Positions 10,022-20,215 of a DNA stretch of 64,000 bases are shown here, piece by piece. The position numbers and the translations under genes were made by a program. The notes beneath the pieces are model-generated. The model had not been told where the DNA came from, did no database searches, and saw only the letters and a program-made list of their open reading frames with translations. Every line of letters begins with the position of its first letter. Within the stretch, counting starts at the first letter, position 1. Origin of the DNA: Cyanobium sp. (GTDB lineage: Bacteria; Cyanobacteriota; Cyanobacteriia; PCC-6307; Cyanobiaceae). The stretch lies in assembly GCA_040399505.1 (NCBI GenBank), contig JBBARZ010000002.1:18219-82218 (forward strand), read 5' to 3'.

Positions 10022-11341
10022 ATGGTGAGCATGAGCAGAATCCAGGGCGTGGCAAGCAGCGCTTCCATTGGAATCGTGGGTGGTGGGCAATTGGCCTGGA
10101 TGCTTGCGAGAGAGGCCAAAAAACTCGGCGTGGAACTCCATGTGCAAACGCCGGATCCGGAGGATCCGGCCGCCCAGGAGGCCTCCAGCGTGGTGATTGG
10201 GCAATTAATTGATGTGGCGGCCACCCGCTCCCTGGCCAAGAGGGCGAGCCAGATCAGCTTTGAAAACGAATGGGTACCCATCGCCGAGCTTGCGGCTCTC
10301 GAACAGGAGGGCATTTCCTTCCTGCCAGCTCTGTCGTCCCTTGCCCCCTTGATCAACAAGCGGAGTCAGCGCCAGCTCCTCAACCAGTTGAATCTTCCGA
10401 CACCCCATTGGGCCCCGATGGAGGCGGCTTATCCTCCCCCTTCCCGCAGGGGAGGGATGGACGATGAGTTCCCAGCGGAGGAAAGCTGGCCATCAGAGTG
10501 TCATGCCCAGCATCCATCAGGGCGCTCTACCACCCTGCCCCCTACGCCACGGCTACCTGAGGGTCTCACCTTCCCTGTGATGGCGAAGGCCGCCAGTGGT
10601 GGTTACGACGGCAAAGGAACGTTCGTTTTGACGAACCAGACCGGGCTGGAGGAGCATCTAGCAAGCCACCGGGCAGAGGATTGGCTTCTGGAAGAACAGG
10701 TGTTTTTTGAGATGGAGTTGGCCCAGGTGGCCTGCCGTGATCAACTGGGTCAGGTGCGCTGCTTCCCCCTTGTGCAGACCCACCAGCGGGATCAAGTGTG
10801 CGACTGGGTGGTTTACCCCGCCCCGGTGACCCACGCGGTGGAGGCCTTCGCTCGCAATGTCGCTATGTCACTGGTCACCTCCCTCAACTATGTGGGAGTC
10901 ATGGGGATTGAGTTCTTCTATGGACCGAAGGGCCTGATGGTGAACGAGGTGGCCCCCAGGGTTCACAACTCGGGTCACCTCACCCTGGAGGCCTGCCGCA
11001 CCAATCAGTTTGCCCAGCAGGTGCGAATCGTGGCTGGGTTGCCCATGGGGATGACCGAACCCCATGCAAAGGGAGCCTTGATGATCAATCTTCTCGGCTA
11101 TGCCTCCGCCGATAGTGCGGAGGGCCATGCTGGCTACCAGCGTCAACGGGAGGCCCTACAAGCCATGGACGGCGCCACCCTGCACTGGTATGGGAAGGTC
11201 CCCAGGTACGGACGCAAACTGGGACATGTCACCTTCCTGCTTGATGCAGAAGGGCATGAACAACGGGCAGAGGAATGCGCCAGACGACTGGATGAGGTGC
11301 GGGCGGTGTGGCCCTGGCCTGAAGGGCAAGAATCCCCTTAA
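10022..11341 (+). CDS. purK: N5-carboxyaminoimidazole ribonucleotide synthase
   Basis: IGIVGGGQLA.M, FENE, GGYDGKG, NEVAPRVHNSGH, RKLGHVT motifs. Confidence 0.95.
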   Translation: MVSMSRIQGVASSASIGIVGGGQLAWMLAREAKKLGVELHVQTPDPEDPAAQEASSVVIGQLIDVAATRSLAKRASQISFENEWVPIAELAALEQEGISFLPALSSLAPLINKRSQRQLLNQLNLPTPHWAPMEAAYPPPSRRGGMDDEFPAEESWPSECHAQHPSGRSTTLPPTPRLPEGLTFPVMAKAASGGYDGKGTFVLTNQTGLEEHLASHRAEDWLLEEQVFFEMELAQVACRDQLGQVRCFPLVQTHQRDQVCDWVVYPAPVTHAVEAFARNVAMSLVTSLNYVGVMGIEFFYGPKGLMVNEVAPRVHNSGHLTLEACRTNQFAQQVRIVAGLPMGMTEPHAKGALMINLLGYASADSAEGHAGYQRQREALQAMDGATLHWYGKVPRYGRKLGHVTFLLDAEGHEQRAEECARRLDEVRAVWPWPEGQESP

Positions 11342-11350
11342 ACTGTCAAT

Positions 11351-11527
11351 GAACTGCTGTGTTGGTGACTGCCTTTCACAGTTTTCTGATCTGACTCCTT
11401 TTTCGACATGGGGAGTCTGCGGCGGCGGCAACGTAGGCCGGCCTTGTAGCCGGAAACGAAGTTCCGCTCTTGAAGCCCCTTCTGGTTCCACCAGGTCGAA
11501 CACTGGGGCAAGACGGCACAGCGGTTC
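11351..11527 (+). ncRNA. ssrS: 6S RNA
   Basis: About 177-nt intergenic element whose ends pair (GAACTGCTGTGTTG with CGGCACAGCGGTTC); lies directly downstream of purK, the known ssrS position in picocyanobacteria. Confidence 0.85.
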
Positions 11528-11831
11528 ACCCCTTTGGCTCCCTGTCCCGACAACGGGAAGCGAGCAGGTCATCAATGCGTTTTTGCAGAGCCTCTCGGCT
11601 CAGGGTGGTTACCACAAACACCTCCTGGGCAGTGCTTGCTCGACGTGCATTCACCTTGTGTCCCCCGGTGATGGGCGTGGACACCTTCAAGGAAAGAAGG
11701 GAGGAACGGCCGCGCACCCGGCTGATCACCGCCGGGGTCACCGTGCTGATGCCGGGGTCCTCCGCCAGAAGTTTCAACAGAGGGATCAATCCCTCGATAT
11801 AGGTGCTGTGGGTGATCACCACGCGTCCCAT
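11526..11831 (-). CDS. DUF2103 domain protein
   Basis: GRVVITHSTYIEGLIP..., TVTPAVI, QEVFVVT motifs. Confidence 0.85.
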   Translation of the reverse strand: MGRVVITHSTYIEGLIPLLKLLAEDPGISTVTPAVISRVRGRSSLLSLKVSTPITGGHKVNARRASTAQEVFVVTTLSREALQKRIDDLLASRCRDREPKG

Positions 11832-11839
11832 GGGGCTGA

Positions 11840-12139
11840 TCAGCTGAAGTCGAGAGGGGCCATGGTGAGGCCCTCTGAACTCAGTTGCTGGTGGTAAAGC
11901 TCCCCCTGCTCCTGGGGTCCACTCCAGACCACGGCTGCACCCTCCCCGTCGATCTGGTGGGCCAGCTTCCAGGCCTGATCAGGATTCATGCCCGGGATGT
12001 AGCGAACGAGCACCTGCACCACATGCTCAAAGGTGTTGATGTCATCGTCGAGCACGATCACCCGCACCCGGGGATAGGGCACCTGTTGCTTCGATGGACG
12101 AACCTGCCGTTCCGGAGTGGTAAGCGGCGAGCGCGACAT
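11840..12139 (-). CDS. clpS: ATP-dependent Clp protease adaptor ClpS
   Basis: VIVLDDDINTFEHV...G.AVVW.GP.EQ.E.Y..QL motif; start moved to ATG 12139. Confidence 0.93.
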   Translation of the reverse strand: MSRSPLTTPERQVRPSKQQVPYPRVRVIVLDDDINTFEHVVQVLVRYIPGMNPDQAWKLAHQIDGEGAAVVWSGPQEQGELYHQQLSSEGLTMAPLDFS

Positions 12140-12209
12140 GGCGTTGAGAGCGAGGCAATGAACTGGTGAGCAGCTTAGGTAAGATGGTCGGTGTGTCATA
12201 GCTGCTTTC

Positions 12210-12311
12210 ATGTTGATCACCCTCGGTTGGGCTGCCCTCGCTGCAAGCTTCACCTTTTCGATCGCGATGGTGATCTGGGGACGCAACGGTGATAACACCC
12301 TCAATTTCTGA
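12210..12311 (+). CDS. petN: Cytochrome b6f complex subunit PetN
   Basis: Manual translation [33 protein letters not shown]; below the ORF-track size cutoff. Confidence 0.95.
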   Translation: MLITLGWAALAASFTFSIAMVIWGRNGDNTLNF

Positions 12312-12453
12312 GGTTCTTCCCCCCACCTCCACCCTCCTCGCCGCACTGGCCTCCGGCCTCCTACTCTTCGTGACGGTTGGGGTCCTCTACCTCTCCGCTG
12401 TTGATTGGCGAGACAAACGAAGACGGCGGGCCGACCAACCGCCGAAGCGATGA
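12289..12453 (+). CDS. Small single-TM membrane protein (54 aa), function unknown
   Basis: GTG-started [57 protein letters not shown]; fills the petN-cofH gap; its TGA overlaps the cofH ATG (ATGA). Confidence 0.7.
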   Translation: MITPSISEVLPPTSTLLAALASGLLLFVTVGVLYLSAVDWRDKRRRRADQPPKR

Positions 12454-13733
12454 GCGCCAACTCCCCCATTCCCTCCCTTCTGCTCGATCCAGATGCGTGG
12501 GAGTTGGCGGGTCACTTGCTGGTGGCTCCTCCCAAGGGAGAAGGGTCAGAGGTCACTTACCCCCTGGGCGATCTCCTGGAGGAACTGCTGACTCTGCAAC
12601 GGCGGGCGAGAGATCATCCCAGCGACTCTTTTCCATTGGCAGGCCTGCTCCACCTCGGACTTCCCTTGGTGGAAAGGCGATGGACCTTCGAGGAGCGTCA
12701 ATCGATCCGCCAGGCCGCTGATCTGTTGAGACGGGAGCTCGTGGGCGACACCGTCAGCTATGTGGTGAATCGCAACCTCAACCCCTCCAACCACTGCGTG
12801 CTGCGCTGTGGCTTCTGCGCCTACCGGCGTTCAGCAGGGGAAGAGGGGGCGTTTCGGGTGGAGCGATCCGAGCTCAGGGAGCGAGCAGCAGAAGCCCAAT
12901 CTTTAGGGGCCACCGAGGTGTGCTTGCAGGCGGGGCTTGATCCGGATGCCACGAAGAACGGCAGCCACCTGGACTATGCGGTGTCCCTGTTGGTCGACCT
13001 TAAAGAAGCCGCACCGCAGCTCCATGTGCATGGGTTCTCTCCCCAAGAATTGCTCTTTCTCTGCCAACAGGACAACCTGCCCCTCGGTGAAGTGATTCAA
13101 ACCTTGCGGCTGGCCGGCCTGGGCTCCGTGCCGGGCACGGCTGCGGAAGTGCTCTGTGCACGGGTTAGGCAATTGATTTGCCCGGAAAAGCTCTCAGCCC
13201 GCTCCTGGGTGACCGTGATTCACCAGGTGCATCAGGCTGGCTTGCCTACCACCAGCACCCTGATGGCTGGCCATGTGGAAACCCCCGGGGAACAGCTGGC
13301 CCACCTCTGCACCCTGGCCGCCCTGCAGCGGCAGGCCTGGCTGGATGGCAGCACGGGGTTTACGGAGTTCATCCTTCTGCCGTTCGTTGGCGCATCGGCT
13401 CCCGCACCCCTTCGGGCCCGGGTGGGACGAGATCAGCCCGATCCGGACGCCATGCTGTTGCTCACGGCCCAGGCCCGCCTGCTGCTGGGGCCCTGGATTC
13501 GCCACCACCAATCCAGTTGGGTGAAGCTGACCTTGCCCGTGGCCGCAGAAGCCCTCGACTGGGGATGTGATGACCTGGGGGGCACTCTCATGGAGGAACA
13601 CATCAGCACCATGGCCGGGGCGACCGGTGGCACACGCCAGAGTGTGGCGGCGCTGCAGAGCGCCGCCCGGAGCAAACACCGGCCTGTCCGCCAGCGCACC
13701 ACCCTTTACGGTGCTCCCGCTGCAACCTGCTGA
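12450..13733 (+). CDS. cofH: CofH-family radical SAM protein (FO/8-HDF synthase subunit)
   Basis: SYVVNRNLN, CVLRCGFC (CX3CX2C), PGTAAEVL, SSWVKL, DLGGTLMEEHI, RQRTTLY motifs. Confidence 0.85.
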   Translation: MSANSPIPSLLLDPDAWELAGHLLVAPPKGEGSEVTYPLGDLLEELLTLQRRARDHPSDSFPLAGLLHLGLPLVERRWTFEERQSIRQAADLLRRELVGDTVSYVVNRNLNPSNHCVLRCGFCAYRRSAGEEGAFRVERSELRERAAEAQSLGATEVCLQAGLDPDATKNGSHLDYAVSLLVDLKEAAPQLHVHGFSPQELLFLCQQDNLPLGEVIQTLRLAGLGSVPGTAAEVLCARVRQLICPEKLSARSWVTVIHQVHQAGLPTTSTLMAGHVETPGEQLAHLCTLAALQRQAWLDGSTGFTEFILLPFVGASAPAPLRARVGRDQPDPDAMLLLTAQARLLLGPWIRHHQSSWVKLTLPVAAEALDWGCDDLGGTLMEEHISTMAGATGGTRQSVAALQSAARSKHRPVRQRTTLYGAPAATC

Positions 13734-13745
13734 GTCGCCGAACGG

Positions 13746-15071
13746 ATGAAGGTCGATCCAAGAATTTTCCGTTTGCCTTTGGCTCTCACCCTCCTCACGA
13801 CTTTGGCGTTGCTGCTGGTGCCCTCCTTGTTGTTGCGCCGCATGCCTAGGCCACAGGCCATCGGGCTGGAAAAACTGATGGCCAATGCAAGCCTTGTGCA
13901 GAGTTTTCGCCCCACCCCCGATCGCCCTGTTCCACGGCTTTGGCAAGAGCGCTTGGGCGGGGTGACAGCGGCCAAACTCTGGCGCTTTCAGACCCGCACC
14001 TGGTGGCAATTCTGGGATGACCATTCGGAGGGGCAACCATTTCTTGCCTTGGCAGCTCGGGGCTTGCCGGAATCCATGCTGCGATCGGTTCCCATCGCCC
14101 CGCTCCGCGTGGGTGATCTGGCGATCTTTTCTCCCGACCCCCAGTCTCGACAGATCCTGAATGATCGCCTGCAACCCCAAGTGCGCCGCTCCAATGGATT
14201 GCGCCTGCGATGTTTGCCCCGCTTGGAATGGGAGCAGGCGGTTTTCTGGCGCCCTTCTGGCCTTGGGGCCCTCCTCGGACCGCTTGCTCCCCTTCTGCAA
14301 AATTTCCAGGAGGGCTGCCTCAGCCTCAGCATCGAGGGCACTGGTCTGGACTGGTCTGGAGAGGCGGCTTCCGTGGAAGGGATGGTGCTCCAGGTGCCCC
14401 AGGGGGTGGGGGGGATGCCATCCCCTCCGCAACGGATGACACCAGCAAAGGATGTGCTCCTTGAGGTGCATGGGGCTTCGCTGGATCCTTTGATCTCGGG
14501 TCTGCTCGCCAGGGAACTGATCCGCCAACCCCTGGCGGAACTGTATGGGCTTAGCCCAGCACAGATCCAATTGCTTCGGCAAACCCCATTTCGCCTGGCC
14601 TTGCGATCCAGCGGGGATAAGAAGTTTCAAGCGTCCCTGGAACTCACCGTGGCCGTGGGACGTCATCAGGCCCAATGGGACGCTGGATTGAAGCGCCTGG
14701 CCCAACGCCTAGAGAAAGAAGGCCTCCTTCCCAGCGCCCCCGCACCCCAAAGCCTGACCCTGTGGCAACGGAAGGATGGGGTTGGGTTGGGTGGTTGGGT
14801 GTGGCAGAAGGGGAGCAATCAAATCACGCTCTTTCTTGGTCCTCAGCCTTCTCAGCTGCTGCCCTGGCCAGGCCCCGCCCCTGCTGGCAAGGACGAACTT
14901 CTTCTGGTAGCTCGGCCACGGGCCCTGGCCGATCTGGGACTGCTCCCCCCCGACCTGCCGGAGGTCGTGCGGCGCAGCACCTCCCTCTGGATCATTGCTG
15001 CCCCCTTCCCTGGGTATGGGAAGGGGGCCCCTCTCAGCCAGCTTCTGGGCTCTCTGGACCTTCAGCCGTGA
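13746..15071 (+). CDS. Hypothetical protein with N-terminal TM anchor
   Basis: 441-aa ORF filling the space after cofH; hydrophobic N-terminal helix; no family recognised. Confidence 0.65.
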   Translation: MKVDPRIFRLPLALTLLTTLALLLVPSLLLRRMPRPQAIGLEKLMANASLVQSFRPTPDRPVPRLWQERLGGVTAAKLWRFQTRTWWQFWDDHSEGQPFLALAARGLPESMLRSVPIAPLRVGDLAIFSPDPQSRQILNDRLQPQVRRSNGLRLRCLPRLEWEQAVFWRPSGLGALLGPLAPLLQNFQEGCLSLSIEGTGLDWSGEAASVEGMVLQVPQGVGGMPSPPQRMTPAKDVLLEVHGASLDPLISGLLARELIRQPLAELYGLSPAQIQLLRQTPFRLALRSSGDKKFQASLELTVAVGRHQAQWDAGLKRLAQRLEKEGLLPSAPAPQSLTLWQRKDGVGLGGWVWQKGSNQITLFLGPQPSQLLPWPGPAPAGKDELLLVARPRALADLGLLPPDLPEVVRRSTSLWIIAAPFPGYGKGAPLSQLLGSLDLQP

Positions 15072-15726
15072 GGAGCCGTTCCTTGCGGCGACGATCCGCA
15101 GCCACGGTTTCTTCCATGAGTTCCACGGCCTGGGCCAGTTTTTCCAGATTGGTGGCGTAAAGAGCCAAATCTTTATCCACTCGGTCTTTCAGAAGACCCA
15201 TCGATGCAGCCGTTTCGTGAGCAAATTGACGCAAGGCCTGGGGGTCCATGGAATCCGCCCCTCGCGCCTCTTCCAAGAGGGCGAGCAGACCAACCGCCAT
15301 CAAACGGGAGTAATGGAAATCGTCCCGCCGCACGTTGGCAAGGGCTTCACGCAGGAGTTCGGGTGCCCCTTCCCCTTGCGAGTCGATCCAGGCTTTCACC
15401 TGCTCCACTGAATGCTGCCCAATGGAGGTCATGGCCTGATCCCGCTGGGTCCTCAGGGCAGCGGCATCCAGCCCACAAGCGGCACAAAGAGCTTTAAAGA
15501 GCTCTGCAGTCTGTTCTTCTGGCCGGTAGCCGCGGGTGCCCATGTCAAACACCTGAACAAGCCCGAGGGCAAAGAGGGGATCAGCCTGGAAGCCCCGCTG
15601 CTTGCTGAGAAGGTGAAGTTCCACAAGGAGCTCATCCACCAGCCGCCGATACAGCGGACTGATCACATGGGGGAAGGCAGCATGGAAAGCTCTCTTGCTG
15701 TCGGCAACAGTGAGAAAGGGGCTCAC
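15034..15726 (-). CDS. psb29: Photosystem II biogenesis protein Psb29/Thf1
   Basis: TVADSKRAF...YRRLVDELLVELHLL, FHYSRLMAVGL, KDL.LY..NLEK motifs; start moved to GTG 15726. Confidence 0.93.
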   Translation of the reverse strand: MSPFLTVADSKRAFHAAFPHVISPLYRRLVDELLVELHLLSKQRGFQADPLFALGLVQVFDMGTRGYRPEEQTAELFKALCAACGLDAAALRTQRDQAMTSIGQHSVEQVKAWIDSQGEGAPELLREALANVRRDDFHYSRLMAVGLLALLEEARGADSMDPQALRQFAHETAASMGLLKDRVDKDLALYATNLEKLAQAVELMEETVAADRRRKERLLTAEGPESPEAG

Positions 15727-15844
15727 GCGGCTCTCATGATCAGACGACTGCGACCATAGCGGTGTCCAGCCCCCACCAGGCAAGGTCCTTGCGAGGACTT
15801 GGTGGCAGATAGCTAGGATCCTCCCAGTTTGATCTCTGCCTTCC

Positions 15845-16435
15845 ATGATCCCGATTGTGATTGAGGAATCTGGACGCGGGGAGAGGGCATTTGATATTTA
15901 TTCCCGACTTCTCAGGGAGCGAATCATCTTTCTTGGTGAACCGGTCACGGCGGAATCCGCCAATCGGGTTGTCGCCCAACTCCTCTTCCTGGAGGCCGAA
16001 GATCCGGATAAGGATGTGTTTATGTATATCAACTCTCCAGGTGGGTCCGTTTACGACGGTCTTGGAATCTTTGACACCATGCAACATATCAAGCCAGATG
16101 TGCAAACCGTTTGTGTGGGGCTGGCCGCCAGCATGGGTGCCTTTCTTCTCTGCGCTGGCACCCCGGGTAAACGCAGCAGCCTCACGCACTCCAGGATCAT
16201 GATCCACCAACCCCTTGGTGGTGCAAGAGGACAGGCCAGTGACATTCGCATCCAGGCGGATGAAATCCTCTATCTCAAACAGAAGTTAAATCAAGAGCTT
16301 GCAGATCGCACGGGACAACCTCTGAGCCGTATCCAGGAAGACACGGATCGGGATTTCTTCATGTCACCGACGGAAGCAGTAACCTATGGCCTTATCGACA
16401 AGGTGATAGATAAACGGTCCGTACGTCCGCTCTAA
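15845..16435 (+). CDS. clpP: ATP-dependent Clp protease proteolytic subunit
   Basis: [30 protein letters not shown] (catalytic Ser), IMIHQP (His). Confidence 0.97.
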   Translation: MIPIVIEESGRGERAFDIYSRLLRERIIFLGEPVTAESANRVVAQLLFLEAEDPDKDVFMYINSPGGSVYDGLGIFDTMQHIKPDVQTVCVGLAASMGAFLLCAGTPGKRSSLTHSRIMIHQPLGGARGQASDIRIQADEILYLKQKLNQELADRTGQPLSRIQEDTDRDFFMSPTEAVTYGLIDKVIDKRSVRPL

Positions 16436-16440
16436 CTTCA

Positions 16441-18402
16441 TTACTGAGCGGGAGTAGATGCATCCACTTCAGATAAAGGAGAATTGACGGGGGACTTTTC
16501 GAGAAAGGGTGTGAACCGATCCTTGGCAGGGATCTGGGCAAATTCAGAAACGATGGCGCGAAATTCATCGCCATCTAAAGTTTCCTTTTCGATCAGGACG
16601 TCAACCAGACGGTCCATACACTCCCTGTGCTCAGTAACAAGAGATTTTGTATCTTGGTAGGAATTAAAAACAATGTCTCGAACAGCCAAGTCGATCTTGG
16701 CGGCCACAGCATCTGAGAGGTCGCTGCGGGTCATTAAATCACGGCCAAGAAATACTTCCTGATTACCAGCTTCTAGAGAAACCGGGCCAAGATCACTCAT
16801 GCCAAAACGTGTGACCATCTGTCTCGCCAAGGATGCCACCTGTTGAATATCCCCGCCGGCACCAGTGGTGACTTCGGCATGCCCAAAGACAACGTCTTCT
16901 GCTGCCCTTCCTCCCAGAGCTCCCATAATCCTGGCTTTGAGCTGAGCTCGGCTCACTAACATCTGCTCCTCATCGGGTGCAAACCACGTGAGGCCTTGAG
17001 CTTGCCCCCTTGGGATCAGAGTGACCTTCTGAACAGGGTCGTGATTGGCCACAAGGGTACCTACAAGGGCATGGCCCACTTCGTGATAGGCGATAAGACG
17101 CTTGCTTCTACCATCGGTGAGAGGTTTACCCTCCATGCCCGCAATCACCCGATCCACAGCGTCATCTATTTCTCCAAGGGTGATGGCTTCCTTGCGGCGA
17201 CGAGCTGTGAGGATCGCTGCCTCATTCAGGAGATTGGCAAGGTCGGCACCTGTGAAACCGGGGGTGCGTCTGGCGATCGCTTCGAGGGACACCTCGGGAG
17301 CCAGTTTTTTATTGCGGCAATGAACATTGAGAATTGAAAGCCTTCCCTTGATATCGGGGGGGTCCACGCTCACCTGTCGATCAAAACGACCTGGGCGCAT
17401 GAGCGCCGAATCCAATACGTCTGGTCGGTTCGTTGCAGCAATGATGATAATTCCGCTGTTTCCCTCGAAGCCATCCATTTCGGTAAGCAGTTGATTAAGG
17501 GTCTGCTCACGCTCATCGTTTCCACCGCCAATGCCGGCTCCCCGTTGACGGCCAACAGCATCAATTTCATCGATAAAGATCAAGCAAGGGCTGTTTTCTT
17601 TAGCCCGTTTGAAAAGATCACGCACACGGCTAGCCCCCACTCCAACAAACATTTCAACGAACTCTGAGCCAGATAGGGAGAAGAAAGGAACACCTGCTTC
17701 TCCAGCAATCGCTTTAGCAAGAAGGGTTTTACCTGTTCCTGGCGGACCGACGAGTAGAACTCCTTTGGGGATTTTGGCGCCAATGGAGGTAAATCGCTCA
17801 GGGGTTTTAAGGAAGGTGACAACCTCTTGTAGATCTTGCTTCGCCTCCTCGACTCCAGCCACATCCTCAAACTTCACACCTGTTTCTGCTTCCATCAGAA
17901 ACCGGGCCTTTGTTTTTCCAAACTGCATTGCCTGGCCAGGACCTCCAGGCATGCCCGAAGAACGCCTGGCAAGAAAAATTAAGGAGCCAATTAAAAGAAG
18001 TGGAAAGAGAAGATTACCGAGAACACCAATCAGAGGCGGGGTTGGTTTCGGAGAATGAATATCAAAGCTGATGGATTGATCCTTGAGTTTCCCAAGCAGA
18101 TCAGGGGCGATGCCTGGAAGATCAACGCGAAGTCTTTGCACCCGATTATCAAGGTCTGCATCAACGATTTCCACTACTGCAGTACGCCCTGAATTGTAGA
18201 AATCAACAGAATTAACCCTGCCGGATTCTACATAATCCAGGAACCGGCCGTAGGTCATCCTGCCGACCGCCGTATTTTCAGGAGACTTCAAAGGGCTGGT
18301 GGACAGACTGGAGCCATTGCCGCTGAGGAGCTGCCATCCAAGGAATCCTGCGATCAGAAGCGGGAGGGCCCAGAGAGCGAGGAGGCGCCAGCGCTGATTC
18401 AT
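16441..18402 (-). CDS. ftsH: ATP-dependent zinc metalloprotease FtsH
   Basis: Two TMs; GPPGTGKT Walker A, IFIDEID Walker B, SRH, HEVGH zinc motif. Confidence 0.97.
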   Translation of the reverse strand: MNQRWRLLALWALPLLIAGFLGWQLLSGNGSSLSTSPLKSPENTAVGRMTYGRFLDYVESGRVNSVDFYNSGRTAVVEIVDADLDNRVQRLRVDLPGIAPDLLGKLKDQSISFDIHSPKPTPPLIGVLGNLLFPLLLIGSLIFLARRSSGMPGGPGQAMQFGKTKARFLMEAETGVKFEDVAGVEEAKQDLQEVVTFLKTPERFTSIGAKIPKGVLLVGPPGTGKTLLAKAIAGEAGVPFFSLSGSEFVEMFVGVGASRVRDLFKRAKENSPCLIFIDEIDAVGRQRGAGIGGGNDEREQTLNQLLTEMDGFEGNSGIIIIAATNRPDVLDSALMRPGRFDRQVSVDPPDIKGRLSILNVHCRNKKLAPEVSLEAIARRTPGFTGADLANLLNEAAILTARRRKEAITLGEIDDAVDRVIAGMEGKPLTDGRSKRLIAYHEVGHALVGTLVANHDPVQKVTLIPRGQAQGLTWFAPDEEQMLVSRAQLKARIMGALGGRAAEDVVFGHAEVTTGAGGDIQQVASLARQMVTRFGMSDLGPVSLEAGNQEVFLGRDLMTRSDLSDAVAAKIDLAVRDIVFNSYQDTKSLVTEHRECMDRLVDVLIEKETLDGDEFRAIVSEFAQIPAKDRFTPFLEKSPVNSPLSEVDASTPAQ

Positions 18403-18475
18403 GCAGTTGGAAAATTCTTGAACAACTGTAAAGGAGATCCCATCGGTCGGAGGCCGACGGGGGGAAAATCCGCGA

Positions 18476-18826
18476 CTAGCTCGCCTGAAGCCAGGGGGTG
18501 GTCTTCAGGACTGCGGAATTGGTGGGGAACATGCCGTCCTGGTCGGGCTGGGGTGTTTTGGGAGACTCGTCCGCCAGCAGCTTTTCCGAGCTGAAGGATT
18601 CCAGCAATTCTGGGCCATATAGGCCGTGGGACCAGATTTTGACTTCACTTTGTGGTGGGCAAGCAAAAGCAAGGAGTTCGAATGGAAATACCACCCGCTC
18701 CATAAAATATTGGTCGCTTCCGCAGCACCGGAGGATGACCATCCGATCGGTGTTGTTGCGGTAGGTGCAATCCAGCAGCTCTCCCTGGACAGGTGAGGCG
18801 GCCAGGCTCACATCTGAACAGTCCAA
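18476..18826 (-). CDS. DUF1830 domain protein
   Basis: C.YRN.T.RMVILRC......[11 protein letters not shown] motif. Confidence 0.8.
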   Translation of the reverse strand: MDCSDVSLAASPVQGELLDCTYRNNTDRMVILRCCGSDQYFMERVVFPFELLAFACPPQSEVKIWSHGLYGPELLESFSSEKLLADESPKTPQPDQDGMFPTNSAVLKTTPWLQAS

Positions 18827-18956
18827 AAGTTCATCAAAGCAAAGCTTGTCCCTTATAGCCAGTCCCTAGGGCATGGGTTTTGTGTGGATGACAACACTTT
18901 TTCACTCTTAATGTTTTTCTCGTGTTTGCGGCCCTGCTCGTCCGCTGATAGACGCA

Positions 18957-20189
18957 TTAAAGGCTGCGCAAAGCAACGATCGGGTCAAGGGCAGCTGCCC
19001 GCCTGGCCGGAACCACACCAAAAAACAGACCAATGGCTCCAGAAAAAGCGACTGTAAATAGAACCAGTCCAGGACCGATGGTTGCAGGAAGAGGGGTGAT
19101 TATTGCCACAAGGGTCACCGCTCCAACCCCTAGCAAGCCCCCAACGGCCCCCCCCACGCTGGAAAGAATGAGCGATTCCACCAGAAATTGCTTGAGCACG
19201 TCGCTACTGCGAGCTCCTAGGGCCTTGCGCAGGCCAATCTCCTCGGTGCGCTCACTGACAGCCACAAGCATGATGTTCATAATGCCGATCCCTCCAACAA
19301 ACAGGGAAATGGCACCAATTGCACCCAGCAAAAGGGTCAATCCCCCTGTGATGGTTTGCACGATGGAAAGGGCATCTTTCTGAGAACGCACCACAAAATC
19401 ATCTTCACGCAGAATGCGGTGACGCTGCCGGAGCAGGTTGGTGATTTGAAAAGACGCGGCCCCCATGCTGGCCTCATCCTTGGCTTCCACGCTGATGAAG
19501 CTCAGGCTGATGCCATAGGTTGGATCCCTCCCACTGAGCCGACTCACCATGGTGCTGAGCGGAAGATAAGCCGCCTCATCCTGGTTGCTGCCGAACACGG
19601 CTCCCTTCGGTTCCAGGATGCCGATCACCTCAAAGGATTGGTCCCGGATGCGTAGACGCCTTCCAAGAGCCTCACCCGTGGGGAAGAACTTCTCTTTCAG
19701 GTCTGGGCCAAGAACCACGACGTTTCTTACCCCATCCAGATCACTCTGGCTGATGAAGCGACCCTGAGCTACTTCAAAACTTCGAACCCCCAAGAAATCA
19801 GGCGTGACACCGCTGATGGTGGCAGAGGACGTCGACGAGCTGGCCTGCACCACCTCCAAAAGCGAAATCTGGGGAGCGACGCGACGCACGGCAGGAACCT
19901 GCTCGGCGATCGCTTCCGCATCTTCAAGGATCAGGGTTTTGGGGGTCTCTAGACCCTGGCGTCGGGTGTCGTTTCTCCCAGGCACAACGAAAAGCACATT
20001 GGGTCCAAGGGCAGTGAGCTGGACATCCGCTAGGCGCTGGGCTCCCTTCCCAAGCCCAACAAGCGTAATGACAGAGGCATTGCCAATGACGATCCCCAAC
20101 ATCGTGAGCAGGCTCCTCAGCCGGTGGCCCTTGAGGGTGGCGACAGCCATGGAGGCTGTCTCCCTGAAAGGAACCGTCGCTTTCGGCAT
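18957..20189 (-). CDS. ABC transporter permease (MacB/FtsX type)
   Basis: RSLLTMLGIVIG, GGIGIMNIML..V.ERT.EIGLRKALGA, PARRAA.LDPI.ALR motifs. Confidence 0.92.
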   Translation of the reverse strand: MPKATVPFRETASMAVATLKGHRLRSLLTMLGIVIGNASVITLVGLGKGAQRLADVQLTALGPNVLFVVPGRNDTRRQGLETPKTLILEDAEAIAEQVPAVRRVAPQISLLEVVQASSSTSSATISGVTPDFLGVRSFEVAQGRFISQSDLDGVRNVVVLGPDLKEKFFPTGEALGRRLRIRDQSFEVIGILEPKGAVFGSNQDEAAYLPLSTMVSRLSGRDPTYGISLSFISVEAKDEASMGAASFQITNLLRQRHRILREDDFVVRSQKDALSIVQTITGGLTLLLGAIGAISLFVGGIGIMNIMLVAVSERTEEIGLRKALGARSSDVLKQFLVESLILSSVGGAVGGLLGVGAVTLVAIITPLPATIGPGLVLFTVAFSGAIGLFFGVVPARRAAALDPIVALRSL

Positions 20190-20215
20190 CGAGAGCAGGA
20201 TCGAAAGAGGATGGG

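Noticed and set aside
18403-18475. RpaB HLR1 site upstream of ftsH (and of psaK)
   Set aside because: Only one TTTACA-like half-site; the second repeat is too degenerate to call
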